Both the position numbers and the translations under genes were made by a program. From Candidatus Wolfebacteria bacterium GW2011_GWB1_47_1 (lineage in GTDB: Bacteria; Patescibacteriota; Minisyncoccia; UBA6257; UBA9933): a stretch of 64,000 nt of DNA. The stretch spans positions 618,435 through 682,434 of the forward strand of contig CP011209.1 of the NCBI GenBank assembly GCA_001029635.1, in the 5' to 3' direction. Each line of letters starts with the position of its first letter. Position 1 is the stretch's first letter. Positions 25,942-35,022 of this stretch are shown here, in pieces. A model generated the notes under the pieces. The model ran no database searches. It saw only the letters and a program-made list of their open reading frames with translations, and was not told the DNA's origin.

Positions 25942-26376
25942 TTACGAGAGGGGTGGGATGTACAGCACTACCAAATCCTCTTCCGTTCCCGGATTTGGAA
26001 TGTTGATGATCTCGCCTTCGATTTCATGGTGTGCGAGTACTCTCTGATACTGTTTCGCAGCCTCCAATCGACCAGCGTATTCGCCGAAACCATTGGGATA
26101 CAGGAGTGTTCCGGCGTCGAGTGATTTGCCGGCAACTTTCTCTACGTGGGCGATGAATCCAGGCTCTTCCTCCTGAATGAGTACGGAGAAGCCGCGTTGT
26201 TGCGTCGGGCCGATGAACGGCGGAATGTCGTATCGTTGTAGGATATCAATGATCGGAGCACTCCGTTGGAGGCGTATCAACGCGCTGTTGTATGCTTTCT
26301 TGCGCGCTTTGTTCCCTACTTTTTCCCCGATCGCATCAGCTCGTTCGTATAGATCGCCTTGGTCTATTTTGTCCAT
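25942..26376 (-). CDS. hypothetical protein (144 aa)
   Basis: ORF with terminator. Confidence 0.45.
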   Translation of the reverse strand: MDKIDQGDLYERADAIGEKVGNKARKKAYNSALIRLQRSAPIIDILQRYDIPPFIGPTQQRGFSVLIQEEEPGFIAHVEKVAGKSLDAGTLLYPNGFGEYAGRLEAAKQYQRVLAHHEIEGEIINIPNPGTEEDLVVLYIPPLS

Positions 26377-26471
26377 GGTCCCTCCGTTAGGACGTATATG
26401 TTAGTACTATCGACAAAAATAGCCCGAATAGATTACTTTGTCAAAGCTTTCCGATATCGCCTATCAAAAAA

Positions 26472-26489
26472 CCCCCGATTGCTCGGGGG
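26472..26489 (-). terminator. terminator module cccccg-attgct-cggggg (family B copy 2)
   Basis: seen in sequence. Confidence 0.65.
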
Positions 26490-26562
26490 CTTGACTGTCG
26501 AAAGGCTAACCGAGAATTATTGTTCCTCGTCTTCCCTTCTTGTCTATTATGGACCGTATTGT

Positions 26563-27186
26563 CTACGACTCTTGGTCCTGGGTTTTTGCAGTAGTCCACC
26601 TGCTGAAGATTTCCTTGCTTCGCTCATCGATGTTGGGATTGGTGAATCCATGCCTTTCGCAGAAGGCCTCAACGGTATTCTCGAGGCTTTTCCAAAAGGA
26701 GATTATTTCCACATACCTTTGTTTCGACGCGAGGTAGATTCTCTCATTCTCCTTTTTATCGAGGGAGCCGCCGAAGTACTCTTCTCCGAGTGGTTTGAGC
26801 GTGTTATTGTCGCCGATGCGCATTTCCCATATCTCTATCTCACTCCCATCGGGAGGACCGAATACGTGGGCGATTTTCTTGAACGAAGTGTCGGCATGTT
26901 TCTCGACTGTTGTTTGCAACAGGCCGAGCAGCTCTTGGATGTGGGCTTCGGGCGATGCAATTGAGATGTTCAGGTGTCCCCATGGCTCCGGGTAAAAGCT
27001 ACTCGGGTGGTTTTTATCTGCTTCATCCGTTTCGTCGAGGTGTCCCGAACAACTCACGCCGAATGAGGCGCAGAACGGGATCTGATGGAACAGTTCGACG
27101 AGGGTTCGAAATAGCAGATCAATTCCGCGAAATCCATACCTACTTTCCAGTAATCTGACCGCTGCGTGTTGCCGTCCGCATCCCAT
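26563..27186 (-). CDS. hypothetical protein (207 aa)
   Basis: ORF with terminator. Confidence 0.45.
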   Translation of the reverse strand: MGCGRQHAAVRLLESRYGFRGIDLLFRTLVELFHQIPFCASFGVSCSGHLDETDEADKNHPSSFYPEPWGHLNISIASPEAHIQELLGLLQTTVEKHADTSFKKIAHVFGPPDGSEIEIWEMRIGDNNTLKPLGEEYFGGSLDKKENERIYLASKQRYVEIISFWKSLENTVEAFCERHGFTNPNIDERSKEIFSRWTTAKTQDQES

Positions 27187-27286
27187 ATTTTACTCCTCTT
27201 GATTATTATTGGTGTACTAAAAATACAATACCTATTCGCACCCATTTTGTCAAAGTCTTTTGCCGACATCCTTTTCAATACAACGG

Positions 27287-27375
27287 CATACCATCGATGA
27301 AATTGAATCAATAGCCCTCTTGTATAAATATACGTGTTTCTCACGTAAATGGTTCAGTCGGGAATCGATGTAAGT
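27287..27375 (-). pseudogene. about 90-bp diverged duplicate of an internal queA segment (queA codons ...GETRIFIQEGYRFNFIDGM...)
   Basis: first 57 nt nearly identical to 29777-29833, the rest diverged; frame disrupted. Confidence 0.7.
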
Positions 27376-27489
27376 CGATCCAGTCGTCTCCATGATCCTA
27401 TTAATGCATGTGTTCCGTAGCACCTATTATTAATGGATAATGCAGAACCGCCCCGAATACTGTCATGTTAGAGTTGATCGAGAAGTTGG

Positions 27490-28314
27490 TTAATCATCGT
27501 CGTCGTCATCACCTTTTTGGGACGCTGACGGCGTTGGGGTTGTCGTTTGTTGGATTGCCTGCGAGGTTGTCTGCTGTCCGACCGCTCCAACGAGATAGTT
27601 TGCAAGCATTTGATGCGCATTCATCGAATGAGGCAGCCCCTCAAATGCAGCCGTTCCATCCCTTCCACAATAAGGGCGTATCGCGCCTACCCCGCCTGGA
27701 TGTCTCGGAATATAGCTTGTTACGTTGTAGACATTGCCATTGACGATCATCCAGCAATCGTCTGTTGTGCTGTGTTTCGCAATTTCCTGAATTGATAACG
27801 TTACTGATGGATTGGTCACGGTCGTGCTTAGTGTCGTCGGCTTTGCAGTCGATGTTGTTGGTTGTGCTGTTGCGGTCGTCGGCTTTTGCGTGGCCGCATT
27901 TTGTGCTACAGGTTTCTGTCCGAAGTCCCCTATGTAGTAGGCCTTGAGCATTTCGGTCGCGTTTTGCGAATGTGACTTTGGACTGGATGTCCGCCCTTTA
28001 GTCGCGTAGGCTTGCGTCGCATCCGTTCCACAGGTTGGGAGAATCGTGCTTGCATCTCCCGGATGTTTATCGAGATAGGTCGTTACGTCGTAGACTTTGC
28101 CGCTCACAAGGAGCCAACAACTTGCGGCGGTATTGTGCGTCAAAATCTCTCGCATAGATAACAGGGCTCCTGGTGCTACTACTGAGGCCGATTGCTGTTC
28201 CGGAGGAATCTCAACAGCCTGTTGTTTATTTTGATAAAACACTAATCCTGAGGTTAATAACGCAGTTACTAATGCCCAGAAGATAAGAAGTGATACCGCG
28301 GTCAATTTTTTCAT
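27490..28314 (-). CDS. secreted or membrane-anchored protein with two cytochrome-b5-like heme-binding domains, Thr-rich linkers and a C-terminal poly-Asp tail
   Basis: two HPGD/HPGG...GxDAT...HS...YxxG blocks; N-terminal signal anchor; ends ...KGDDDDDD. Confidence 0.7.
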   Translation of the reverse strand: MKKLTAVSLLIFWALVTALLTSGLVFYQNKQQAVEIPPEQQSASVVAPGALLSMREILTHNTAASCWLLVSGKVYDVTTYLDKHPGDASTILPTCGTDATQAYATKGRTSSPKSHSQNATEMLKAYYIGDFGQKPVAQNAATQKPTTATAQPTTSTAKPTTLSTTVTNPSVTLSIQEIAKHSTTDDCWMIVNGNVYNVTSYIPRHPGGVGAIRPYCGRDGTAAFEGLPHSMNAHQMLANYLVGAVGQQTTSQAIQQTTTPTPSASQKGDDDDDD

Positions 28315-28320
28315 GGATTT

Positions 28321-29625
28321 TTAGCGGAAGCCGAATTCTTCCGTATGTATATGTGATTTTTTTGTGCCCTTTTCAATTAATTGTCGTGTGAGGGAATGCA
28401 TCATAGGTTGCGGCCCACAAATCAGGATTTCCTTACTGTGAATATCCTCGTCCATCTGGAGTGTTGCCGCAGAAATGTGCCCTTGCGTACTTGAACAGTA
28501 TGGAACTATGCGTATACTTGGGTTGCCTTGTTCGATTGTAAGCAGTTCGTCGAGAAATACTGCCTCGGCTTTATTAGTTACGCAGTAATAGATTGTTATG
28601 TGATAGGACGAATCAGTTACCGATTTCGCCATACCAATGAATGGTGTTATGCCGATGCCGCCCGCTATCCAGATCTGGTTTTTTCCTGCAAAATGGTCGT
28701 ATAAAAATGTGCCAAAAGGACCCTCTATCTGTGCAACCGTATTCTTTGCTATCAATTTGAATTTGCCGGTATGATCTCCGAGTGTCTTTATTGCTATTGC
28801 TAATCGTGGTTCATCGGGAGTGGATATGAGCGAAAATGGATGTGACTCTTTGCCCACCTTCTCATCTTCAAAACTAATAAATACAAACTGGCCTGGTCTG
28901 TAGGCGATAGGCCTGTATGCTGGCACCATATAGATGGAAACGGTATTCTTGTCCAATGTACGCACCTCATCGACGATATATTCGATATGTGGAACAAAGA
29001 ATTTCGGGGCTAATGTGCGATAACAGATCGCCACCACGCCGATCGCGATAAATGTCGCCATCAGCCAATATAATCCTGCAGAGTTTTGTGTATCGCTATA
29101 GATGACCAAGGTGTGGATCGACGCAAGAACAAACGATACGGAAAGAAACTGGTGCGTAAGCCTCCATTTGTGATACGCGAAACTGATAAAGAAGGTCAAT
29201 ATAAGAAACAGTATCATCGAAAGCAATGCGGCAGTACCCCAGAGGATATCGGGGTCCGTTGAAAGTAAAAATAATGCCGCGTCCCGGGTGGATGCAACGA
29301 GAGCAATCTTCAGGGCAATCACTATCGGATGAAATAAGAGTAATGAGAATGTGATCGCGCCAAGTCGATGGTGAGCCACATATGCTTTATTAATGCCATC
29401 GAAGAATTGTTCCAGTATCGGATGGCGGGTGCCAAGTACTAACGTCAATGCAAATAATGCCATTCCTATCAACCCAAAGATTTGACCAATACTGGTTAGT
29501 GTATATGTGGGCGTTTCAAATCGCAGGGTAATCGGCTTCATGGTCGCCCAAAATAATAGTGGCAAAAGCGAAAGCGCCACAATAATCAACCACCCCGATG
29601 ACCTTTTTATACGCTGCAGCTTCAT
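28321..29625 (-). CDS. NOX/ferric-reductase-type flavocytochrome: FRD bis-heme transmembrane domain plus FAD- and NAD(P)H-binding domains
   Basis: paired His 13-14 apart in two TM helices (AHHRLGAITFSLLLFH; HQFLSVSFVLASIH), HPFSL, GIGITPF and CGP motifs. Confidence 0.75.
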   Translation of the reverse strand: MKLQRIKRSSGWLIIVALSLLPLLFWATMKPITLRFETPTYTLTSIGQIFGLIGMALFALTLVLGTRHPILEQFFDGINKAYVAHHRLGAITFSLLLFHPIVIALKIALVASTRDAALFLLSTDPDILWGTAALLSMILFLILTFFISFAYHKWRLTHQFLSVSFVLASIHTLVIYSDTQNSAGLYWLMATFIAIGVVAICYRTLAPKFFVPHIEYIVDEVRTLDKNTVSIYMVPAYRPIAYRPGQFVFISFEDEKVGKESHPFSLISTPDEPRLAIAIKTLGDHTGKFKLIAKNTVAQIEGPFGTFLYDHFAGKNQIWIAGGIGITPFIGMAKSVTDSSYHITIYYCVTNKAEAVFLDELLTIEQGNPSIRIVPYCSSTQGHISAATLQMDEDIHSKEILICGPQPMMHSLTRQLIEKGTKKSHIHTEEFGFR

Positions 29626-29629
29626 ATAT

Positions 29630-30667
29630 TCAGTATATCAACATACCATCTCCAAATGAAAAGAATCGAAACTTTCGTTTAATTGCAATCTTGTAGAGCT
29701 TGAAGAGTGTATCCTTGCCGATCAGTGCCGCAACCAGCATCAAGAGGCTGGATTGTGGCACGTGAAAGTTGGTTACCATACCATCGATGAAATTGAATCG
29801 ATAGCCCTCTTGTATAAATATACGTGTTTCTCCTGTTAAACGTTTCAATTGGGAATCGATACAGGCTGACTCAAGTGTTCGGACTACTGTCGTACCTACT
29901 CCGATAATGGGGCGGCCTTCCTCCTTCGCCTTGTTGAGAAAGTTTGCCGTCTGCTTGTCTATTGAAAATGATTCGGTGTGTAGCGCGCCGGTATCGAGAT
30001 GCTCCTGCGTAAGTGGCGCAAATGTACCAATGTTTACATGGAGTGTTATAAAGCGAATGTCTACCCCCTGCTTCTGCAGCTTTTTTAATAGGCGATCAGT
30101 AAAATGGAGCGATGCGGTTGGTGCTGCGACTGAGCCGGCATGCTTAGCAAATACCGTCTGGTATTTTTTACGCAATTCGCGTTCGTTGAGTGGCGATTCT
30201 TTTATGTAAGGAGGGATCGGCGTGATGCCATGGCGATCAAGTATCGTATTGAGCTGCTGTAATGGAAACGATGGCTTAAGTAGATAATATTTTCCTTCTT
30301 GTTTTGCAACATTAAAAAATAAGCCACTTGTGATCCGGACATTGGTTCCTACTTCGAGCTTGCGATCTGACATAGCGCGGATTACATCTCCCTCTTGGGC
30401 AATATAAAGGATGCGCGCGGTTCCTCCTGTCGGTTTGGTAACCGTCAGGCGCGCGGGAAGAACTTTTGTTTGGTTGAATACCAATACCGCGCCCTTTGGC
30501 AGGTATTCCCCTATATGCGCAAAGGTCGTTTCAGTGATCGAATCGGCATTTCGATCGTATACCAAAAGTTTGGCGCTATCGCGGGGCGATGCGGGCTTTT
30601 GCGCGATCAGCGTTTCTGGAAATGCGTAATCGTATTCTTTGAGTATTTTTTCTAGTGGTTTTGACAT
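29630..30667 (-). CDS. queA: S-adenosylmethionine:tRNA ribosyltransferase-isomerase
   Basis: PIPPYIKE motif and C-terminal ...FFSFGDGMLI; start at the first ATG with no overlap. Confidence 0.85.
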   Translation of the reverse strand: MSKPLEKILKEYDYAFPETLIAQKPASPRDSAKLLVYDRNADSITETTFAHIGEYLPKGAVLVFNQTKVLPARLTVTKPTGGTARILYIAQEGDVIRAMSDRKLEVGTNVRITSGLFFNVAKQEGKYYLLKPSFPLQQLNTILDRHGITPIPPYIKESPLNERELRKKYQTVFAKHAGSVAAPTASLHFTDRLLKKLQKQGVDIRFITLHVNIGTFAPLTQEHLDTGALHTESFSIDKQTANFLNKAKEEGRPIIGVGTTVVRTLESACIDSQLKRLTGETRIFIQEGYRFNFIDGMVTNFHVPQSSLLMLVAALIGKDTLFKLYKIAIKRKFRFFSFGDGMLIY

Positions 30668-30671
30668 CGGC

Positions 30672-31193
30672 TTACGGACGGAGGTATTCTTTGTTGATCT
30701 CGATCCGCTCATCGATAATTGAATTCGGATCGTTCATCCAGATCTTTGAGGGAGCTATCTTATATAATCTATAGGTGTTCTCATTGAGCAATTTTTTCAA
30801 TCCCGTATTGAATGATTTTGTTGCACGTGCGTAGGGATATGTCCGTTTGAAGTAGGTTAATGATACCTCTGGTATTTCTAAAAGTGTTACCCTTTTTGCT
30901 GTTCCTTCGATCTGTAACCCTACCCCATCCCCTATCAATTGATGGGAATCGAATATCGCCACTGCAACGCTTTTGTTCTGCCCGATATTCACACAATGTT
31001 TTGAGCGGATATGGGAAACGAAATATAAATTCAGATCATTGTCGTATGCATATACAACCGGAGATACCCATGCCGTACCGTTTTTGCCGGCACTTCCAAT
31101 CGTCATGTATTGGTTGCTCTCCAGTATCTCTTTTGCCAATTTTTGCACATCGATTGCCATAGGATTATATTTTTCCCTTTTTAATCTCTTCAC
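30672..31193 (-). CDS. pyridoxamine-5'-phosphate-oxidase-like FMN-binding split-barrel protein
   Basis: PNPOx-like fold signature in the N-terminal half. Confidence 0.55.
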   Translation of the reverse strand: MKRLKREKYNPMAIDVQKLAKEILESNQYMTIGSAGKNGTAWVSPVVYAYDNDLNLYFVSHIRSKHCVNIGQNKSVAVAIFDSHQLIGDGVGLQIEGTAKRVTLLEIPEVSLTYFKRTYPYARATKSFNTGLKKLLNENTYRLYKIAPSKIWMNDPNSIIDERIEINKEYLRP

Positions 31194-32301
31194 GCACTTT
31201 CTTCACGAATCCGTGGAAGAAGTACATGTTGTGGAATGTGAGTAACTTAAGTGGCGTTATTTCGTTTGCCTTCAAGAGATGTGTGATATACCCCCTGCTG
31301 TAGTTTTGACATACAAAACACGAGCACTTTGGATCGAGGGGTTTTTTATCCAATAAAAATGTTCTTTTTTTCAAATCCAAGCGCCCTTTCGACGTAAATG
31401 CCATACCATGCCGCGCGTAATGCGTCGGAGCGATGCAGTCGAATGTATCGATGCCTGACTTCATGATCGGGATGATATCGTCGAGATGTCCGATGCCGAG
31501 TAGGTGGCGCGGTTTATTTTCTGGTAGTTTCTTGGTTACGATATCGAGCATGCCCGTCATCGAGCCTTTGTCTGCTCCGAATTCTCCTCCAATACCGAAG
31601 CCATCGAATGGCAGACTTCCGATAAATTCTGCACTTTCGGTCCGTAGATCCTTAAACTTTCCTCCTTGTACAATACCGTAGAGTGCCTGTTTCGACTTTT
31701 TTGTCTTGAGACAAACCTTTGCCCATTCGTTAGTATGCTCGAGCGACTTTTTTGTATATGCGCGGTCGGCCATCGGCGATGTACATTCGTCGAATGCAAA
31801 GATAATATCCGCGCCGATTTGTTCTTGTATCTTGATCGATTCTTTTGGCCCGAGAAACATTTCGCTACCATCATGATAGGAGCGGAACATAACCCCGTCC
31901 GGTGTTATGCTAAGTAGCTTGGGTTGTTGGCCAAGCTCGATGATATTTTCGCTTTCCTTTTTTAGAATCTTACCGGTCTGGAAGTCCCGACCGAACCCAA
32001 GGCTAAATACTTGAAATCCGCCCGAATCCGTCATAATCGGACGTTTCCAATTCATGAATTTGTGCAGACCCCCGTGCTTTTTAAGTACGGCTTCGCCTGG
32101 ACGGATGTGGAGATGATAGGTGTTAGCGATCAGTAATTGTGCGCCTGTCGCCTCGACCTCCTCGGATGTAAGCGTTTTAATAACCCCCTGGGTTGCTACC
32201 GAAACGTAGGCAGGTGTCTCCACTGTGCCATGCGTTGTTTTGAGCATGCCTATGCGCGCCTTGCTCTTCGCCGATCGTTTTTTGATTTTGAATTCGATCA
32301 T
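31165..32301 (-). CDS. tgt: queuine tRNA-ribosyltransferase (tRNA-guanine transglycosylase)
   Basis: TIM-barrel TGT with zinc site CSCFVCQNYSRGYITHL. Confidence 0.9.
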   Translation of the reverse strand: MIEFKIKKRSAKSKARIGMLKTTHGTVETPAYVSVATQGVIKTLTSEEVEATGAQLLIANTYHLHIRPGEAVLKKHGGLHKFMNWKRPIMTDSGGFQVFSLGFGRDFQTGKILKKESENIIELGQQPKLLSITPDGVMFRSYHDGSEMFLGPKESIKIQEQIGADIIFAFDECTSPMADRAYTKKSLEHTNEWAKVCLKTKKSKQALYGIVQGGKFKDLRTESAEFIGSLPFDGFGIGGEFGADKGSMTGMLDIVTKKLPENKPRHLLGIGHLDDIIPIMKSGIDTFDCIAPTHYARHGMAFTSKGRLDLKKRTFLLDKKPLDPKCSCFVCQNYSRGYITHLLKANEITPLKLLTFHNMYFFHGFVKKVREEIKKGKI

Positions 32302-32334
32302 AGGATTATCAGTATGCGCTAAACACCTTAAAAA

Positions 32335-35022
32335 TCAAGATGTTTTTTGCTTTTCATGAGTAAATATAAGGTATTTTGCCAATTCAATGAGTAGAATTTC
32401 AATGATCCCCGCAGTGATGATAACCGCCCAGGGCCGCCATCCGAGCGACACGGTTCCCATAATGGTCTGCATACCCGGGATATAGATGGCAAATCCGAGC
32501 AGTGCCAATCCTGCGACAATTGATCCATTGATCGCCTTATTTGAAAATACCCTTCTGTGAAATATGGATGTTTTAAGCGATCTGATGCACAGTACCAAAA
32601 GCAACGAATCAAAACAGGAGAGGGCAAAGACTGCGGTGCGTGCCAAACTTACATCTTCCGTTTTGCCAAGAAATGCTGCATACAGTCCTACCGCCATCGT
32701 TCCCGTCACGAAAAAGATGAATACTAGCCACTGCTTCAGGGCGGGGGTCAATATTGATTCATGCGGATCGCGGGGCGGTTCCTGCATGATTCCAAAACGG
32801 TCCCGCTCGGTCGTCAGCGCAATATTAGGGAGGCCGTCTTCTACCACGTTGATCCAGAGCAACTGCGTTGCCAGTAATGGAATCGGCAGTCCGAACGAAA
32901 TAGTCGCGATAAACAGAAAGAGTTCCGCAAAACTATCGGAGACAAGATAGACGAATATACGGCGTATATTATTAAACATGATTCTCCCCTCCTCAATCGT
33001 CTTCAATACTGTCTTAAGACTATTGTCGAGTAGAACGATATCGGACGCTTCGCGTGCTGCATCTGTTCCTGACCCGAGTGCTATACCCACATCGGAGGTT
33101 TGGAGTGCCGGGGCGTCGTTCACACCATCACCGATCATGGCAACTACTTCCCCGTTCTTTTGCAGTGCCTGCACGATGCGTAATTTGTGGTGTGGTGATA
33201 CCCGCGCGTAAAGACATACCGACTTTGCAACCTTTGCCAGTTCTTCGTCCGTCATTGCCTCGATATCTGCTCCTTCCATAATACATGACTCTGCTGACGG
33301 TATACCCACCTCATTGGCGATCGTGCGTGCCGTCAAGCGGTGGTCCCCCGTGATTAATACCGTTCGGATACCCGCTTTGCGTGCATCCTGTATGGTATGT
33401 CTTGCGTCCGAGCGCAACGGATCTTTAATGGCAATAAGTCCTACGAGCGTAAGGTCGTTTACCAGTTCCGATACAGCCTGATATGATGGGAGTCTTTGTA
33501 GTGTTTTGCGAGCGCATGCGATTACGCGGAGTCCTGTGGAAGTTGTCATTTCCATATGGCGGATGATGCGCTCGCGTTCGGGATCTCCAATGGGATGATG
33601 CGCGCCATTTTTATCAACCGATGTTGCCAGAGCGGTGAGCTGTTCGGCCGCACCGATGATCAATAGTTCAAACGTTCCTTTCGCTGTGCCAAATACCGTT
33701 GCCGCGTACTTTGTCTCCGATTCGAATGGTGCCATATCCTCTATCCAGCGACCTTGCCAGAGCTCATTGCGGTCGACTCCTGCCTGGATGGCTGCCAGAA
33801 GCAGTGCTTGTTCCGTCGGCGTTCCGCGAATAATCCAGTCTTTTAATTCGTCTTTTGGATTTTCTATATACGCTTCATTGACGAGCGCCGCGATTTGCAA
33901 TGATGTAATGTGCGAATCTGTCGGTTCTCCATTTGTTGCCAGATCTTTTATGTCGTTTTCTTCCGCGATTGGTAATTCATGCGTTGCGGTCAGGATGTGA
34001 CTTACCTGCATCGTTCCTTGAGTCAAGGTTCCTGTCTTGTCTGTGCAGATCACCGTTACGCTGCCAAGCGTTTCCGTCGCGGCCAATTTACGCACAAGAC
34101 CTCTCTCCTTGAGAATGCGGCGCATGCCCATAACCAACACAATCGTTATCGCAGGCAGCAACCCTTCCGGAATAGCCGACGCCGCGAGTGCAAGCGATGC
34201 GATGAAAATATCAGTAAACGGTTCACCGCGCGCAACCCCTAGTGCGATGATCAATACGACGATGCCACTGATGACCGCACCCAAGACGTTTGACATATGG
34301 CCGAGCTTTATCTGGAGCGGTGTGGGCCTCCGTTCTTCTTCGCGCAAGGACGATGCGATCTTCCCGAATTCGGTATCTCCCCCTGTAGCGACGACCAGAA
34401 GCGTCGCGCGTCCTGTTTCGACGGTTGTTCCCATGAATGCCATATTGCGCTGTTCGAAGACGGGTGCTTCCGCGGCGATCGTGCCCGTACTTTTTTCTAC
34501 CGGAGACCACTCGCCCGTGAGTGCCGATTCATTGACCGTCAATCGGGTTGCCGTGATAATGCGCGCATCAGCTGGAACCTTATTCCCTGCCTTTACCATA
34601 ATGACATCACCCGGTACCAATTCGGCGGCGTCTATCTCTCTTCGATTGCCCGCTCGTATGACGCTTGCTACCGTGCGTGCCATGCTGCGCAACGACTTAA
34701 GTGCTTCGTTCGCCTTGTCCTCCTGTAAAAAACTTACGATGCCATTCAATAACAAAACTGCAACCATAAAGCTCCCATCGATGTAGTGCTGTAACGCAAA
34801 TGAGATGATCGATGCACCAACCAGGATGTACATCAATGAATTATTAAATTGTTCAATAAATATACGTAGGCGTGAATATGACGCGCCTTCCGGCAGAACA
34901 TTCTTGCCGATCTTTGTCGCGAGACCATACGCCTGGTCATCTGAAAGGCCGCTGGGGCCACTTCCGGTAGCCTCATATACTTCTTCCGCAGTCAGTTCGT
35001 GCCAAAGGATTTTAATTGCCAT
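32335..35022 (-). CDS. P-type cation-transporting ATPase (type II, Ca2+/Mg2+-like)
   Basis: DKTGTLT phosphorylation motif, TGDHRLTA, GDGVNDAPAL. Confidence 0.85.
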   Translation of the reverse strand: MAIKILWHELTAEEVYEATGSGPSGLSDDQAYGLATKIGKNVLPEGASYSRLRIFIEQFNNSLMYILVGASIISFALQHYIDGSFMVAVLLLNGIVSFLQEDKANEALKSLRSMARTVASVIRAGNRREIDAAELVPGDVIMVKAGNKVPADARIITATRLTVNESALTGEWSPVEKSTGTIAAEAPVFEQRNMAFMGTTVETGRATLLVVATGGDTEFGKIASSLREEERRPTPLQIKLGHMSNVLGAVISGIVVLIIALGVARGEPFTDIFIASLALAASAIPEGLLPAITIVLVMGMRRILKERGLVRKLAATETLGSVTVICTDKTGTLTQGTMQVSHILTATHELPIAEENDIKDLATNGEPTDSHITSLQIAALVNEAYIENPKDELKDWIIRGTPTEQALLLAAIQAGVDRNELWQGRWIEDMAPFESETKYAATVFGTAKGTFELLIIGAAEQLTALATSVDKNGAHHPIGDPERERIIRHMEMTTSTGLRVIACARKTLQRLPSYQAVSELVNDLTLVGLIAIKDPLRSDARHTIQDARKAGIRTVLITGDHRLTARTIANEVGIPSAESCIMEGADIEAMTDEELAKVAKSVCLYARVSPHHKLRIVQALQKNGEVVAMIGDGVNDAPALQTSDVGIALGSGTDAAREASDIVLLDNSLKTVLKTIEEGRIMFNNIRRIFVYLVSDSFAELFLFIATISFGLPIPLLATQLLWINVVEDGLPNIALTTERDRFGIMQEPPRDPHESILTPALKQWLVFIFFVTGTMAVGLYAAFLGKTEDVSLARTAVFALSCFDSLLLVLCIRSLKTSIFHRRVFSNKAINGSIVAGLALLGFAIYIPGMQTIMGTVSLGWRPWAVIITAGIIEILLIELAKYLIFTHEKQKTS

